Source of the DNA: an uncultured Acidobacteriota bacterium
GTDB taxonomy: Bacteria > Acidobacteriota > Blastocatellia > RBC074
Assembly (NCBI GenBank): GCA_963796275.1
Contig: CAWCKY010000002.1
Span: 64,001-128,000 of the forward strand
DNA: 64,000 nt
Direction of reading: 5' to 3'
Shown here piece after piece: positions 62,326 to 64,000 of this stretch (positions within the stretch are counted from its first letter, which is position 1; each line of letters begins with the position of its first letter). The notes under the pieces were generated by a model. That model did not search any database, was not told the DNA's origin, and was given only the letters and a program-made list of their open reading frames with translations. The position numbers and the translations under genes are program-made.

Positions 62326-63894
62326 ATGCTTGGTATGTCCAAGTCTGATACATCGGTGCAGGGTGCGTTATCTGCGGGTTTGAGATACGGTCTGGCAGTT
62401 TCAAGCGTTGCAGTAGCGGTGATCATCACATATCTAATGCATTCCGATGTGCTTATCTCACCGCTCTTCTTACTGGCCATCTTGTTGAGCGCATGGTTTG
62501 GCGGCTTCGGGCCGGGCATAGTTGCCGCATCGTTGGCGACTCTAGCTATCAATTATTTCTTCCTGCACCAGATGCACACCTTGCGGATTGACCTCGCCGA
62601 CGTTCCTAAAATTATCGTCTTCTATGCCTCAGCTCTGCTCGTCAGTTCGTGGAGCGCCGCGAAAGGCCGCACGGAGACACTGCTCCGGCGAACGCGCGAT
62701 GAATTGGAGGCCAGAGTTCAAGAGCGAACAGCGGACCTCAGGCAAAGCAACGAACAGTTACGGGTCGAGGTCGCCGAGCGCCAGCGGACAGAAAAAGTGC
62801 TGCGCGAGCAGGCCAACCTCCTCGACCTCACGCACGACACGGTCTTCGTCCGCGACATTAACGATGTCATCACCTACTGGAATCGGGGCGCCGAGGAGCT
62901 CTACGGATGGAAAAGGGAGGAGGCGATCGGCCAGATCACTCACCGGCTTCTACAATCGATCTTCCCCGCACAGATCGAAGAGATCACGACGGAGTTGTTC
63001 CGCAGTGGGCGATGGGCGGGAGAGATCGTTCACACAAGGCGAGATGGGACGCAGATCACTGTGGCGAGCCGGTGGTCTCTGCAGCGGGACGAGGAGGGGC
63101 AGCCGATCGCGATGCTCGAGACCAATAATGACATTACCGAACGCAGGCAGGTTGAGGAGGGATTGCGCAAAGCGCAGGCCGAACTGGCACACATCACGCG
63201 CGTGATGACGATGGGCGAGCTGGCATCCTCGATTGCTCATGAAATTAACCAGCCGCTCGCTGCAGTCGTCACCAACGGCAACGCCTGTCTGCGATGGCTG
63301 GCGAACGAGCCGGCCAATCTCGATGAGGGGCGTGAATGCATCAGGCGAATCATCCGGGATGGGAATCGGGCGAGCGAAGTCATCGCGCGGATTCGGGCCC
63401 TGGCGAAGAAATCTTCGCCGGACAAAGCACCGCTGAATCTCAACGAAACCATCCAGGAAGTTCTCGCCCTGACCAACAACGAAGCGCGCAGGAACAGGGT
63501 TTTGCTACAGACCGATCTGGCCGCCGGCCTGCCGCCCGTGCAAGGCGACAGGGTGCAGTTGCAGCAAGTGATCATCAATCTGGTGATGAACGGGATCGAA
63601 GCCATGAAGGGGGTCACCAACCAGCCGCGAGAGTTACTCATCAAATCCAATCGATACGAATCGGACAAAGTGTTCGTCGCCGTGCAGGATACCGGCATCG
63701 GGCTTGACGCTCAGAATCTGGATCGGATATTCAATGCCTTCTATACGACCAAGGCGGAGGGAATGGGTATGGGGCTCTCGATCAGCCGCTCGATCATCGA
63801 AGCTCACGGCGGGAGGTTATGGGCGAGACCTAACGAGGGTTTGGGCGCGATTTTTCAATTCACCCTGCCAACCGATGGGAATCATCATGACTGA
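62326..63894 (+). CDS. Membrane PAS sensor histidine kinase
   Basis: DUF4118-like TM region, PAS (YWNRGAE.LYG), AHEINQPL, QVIINLVMNG, DTGIG, GMGMGLSI. Confidence 0.93.
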   Translation: MLGMSKSDTSVQGALSAGLRYGLAVSSVAVAVIITYLMHSDVLISPLFLLAILLSAWFGGFGPGIVAASLATLAINYFFLHQMHTLRIDLADVPKIIVFYASALLVSSWSAAKGRTETLLRRTRDELEARVQERTADLRQSNEQLRVEVAERQRTEKVLREQANLLDLTHDTVFVRDINDVITYWNRGAEELYGWKREEAIGQITHRLLQSIFPAQIEEITTELFRSGRWAGEIVHTRRDGTQITVASRWSLQRDEEGQPIAMLETNNDITERRQVEEGLRKAQAELAHITRVMTMGELASSIAHEINQPLAAVVTNGNACLRWLANEPANLDEGRECIRRIIRDGNRASEVIARIRALAKKSSPDKAPLNLNETIQEVLALTNNEARRNRVLLQTDLAAGLPPVQGDRVQLQQVIINLVMNGIEAMKGVTNQPRELLIKSNRYESDKVFVAVQDTGIGLDAQNLDRIFNAFYTTKAEGMGMGLSISRSIIEAHGGRLWARPNEGLGAIFQFTLPTDGNHHD

Positions 63895-64000
63895 GCCAGA
63901 GGCCACTGTCTATGTGATCGATGACGATGCGGCGATTCGCGAGGCGCTCGGAAGCCTCATCCGCTCGGTGGGGCTCGGCGTCGAAACCTTCCCTTCGGCG
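63887..64000 (+). CDS. FixJ/NodW-like response regulator, 3'-partial
   Basis: MTEPEATVYVIDDDAAIREALGSLIRSVG; overlaps the kinase stop. Confidence 0.88.
   Translation, partial: MTEPEATVYVIDDDAAIREALGSLIRSVGLGVETFPSA

Overview
A GC-rich bacterial accessory region. Gene styles and intergenic hairpin repeats are compatible with Acidobacteriota, but that is inference only. No rRNA, tRNA or CRISPR array was recognised. Layout: (1) 1-7450, a glycogen/pentose-phosphate cluster (glgP, histidine phosphatase, tal, DUF2090 aldolase-like, gnd, zwf) in which pgm, pgi, pgl and tkt survive only as deletion remnants. (2) 7660-12200, small redox/hydrolase genes, a lone integron attC-like site and two tyrosine-recombinase remnants. 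(3) 12230-26600, two paralogous modules of PAS-sensor sigma54 activator > candidate enhancer > sigma54 promoter > small STAS-like protein > oxidoreductases; the second is heavily frameshifted. (4) 26900-40000, AraC/MarR/TetR regulators with redox and hydrolase genes. (5) 42300-55600, a long minus-strand stress/redox run: sigma54 response regulator, AraC, single-AAA Clp-like ATPase, DUF427, MOSC-FNR-ferredoxin, RclA/MerA-like reductase, rpiB, DoxX. (6) 55900-64000, sodC, TolC-EmrA-EmrB, an IS605-family tnpB relic with apparently intact right end, and a PAS histidine kinase/response regulator pair. The best novelty candidates are the PAS-sigma54/STAS module, a ~70-nt leader element present three times, the solitary attC, an 8-bp repeat frameshifting the RclA-like gene, and the D2-only Clp ATPase. 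None is proven. All family calls come from motifs read by eye, without database searches.
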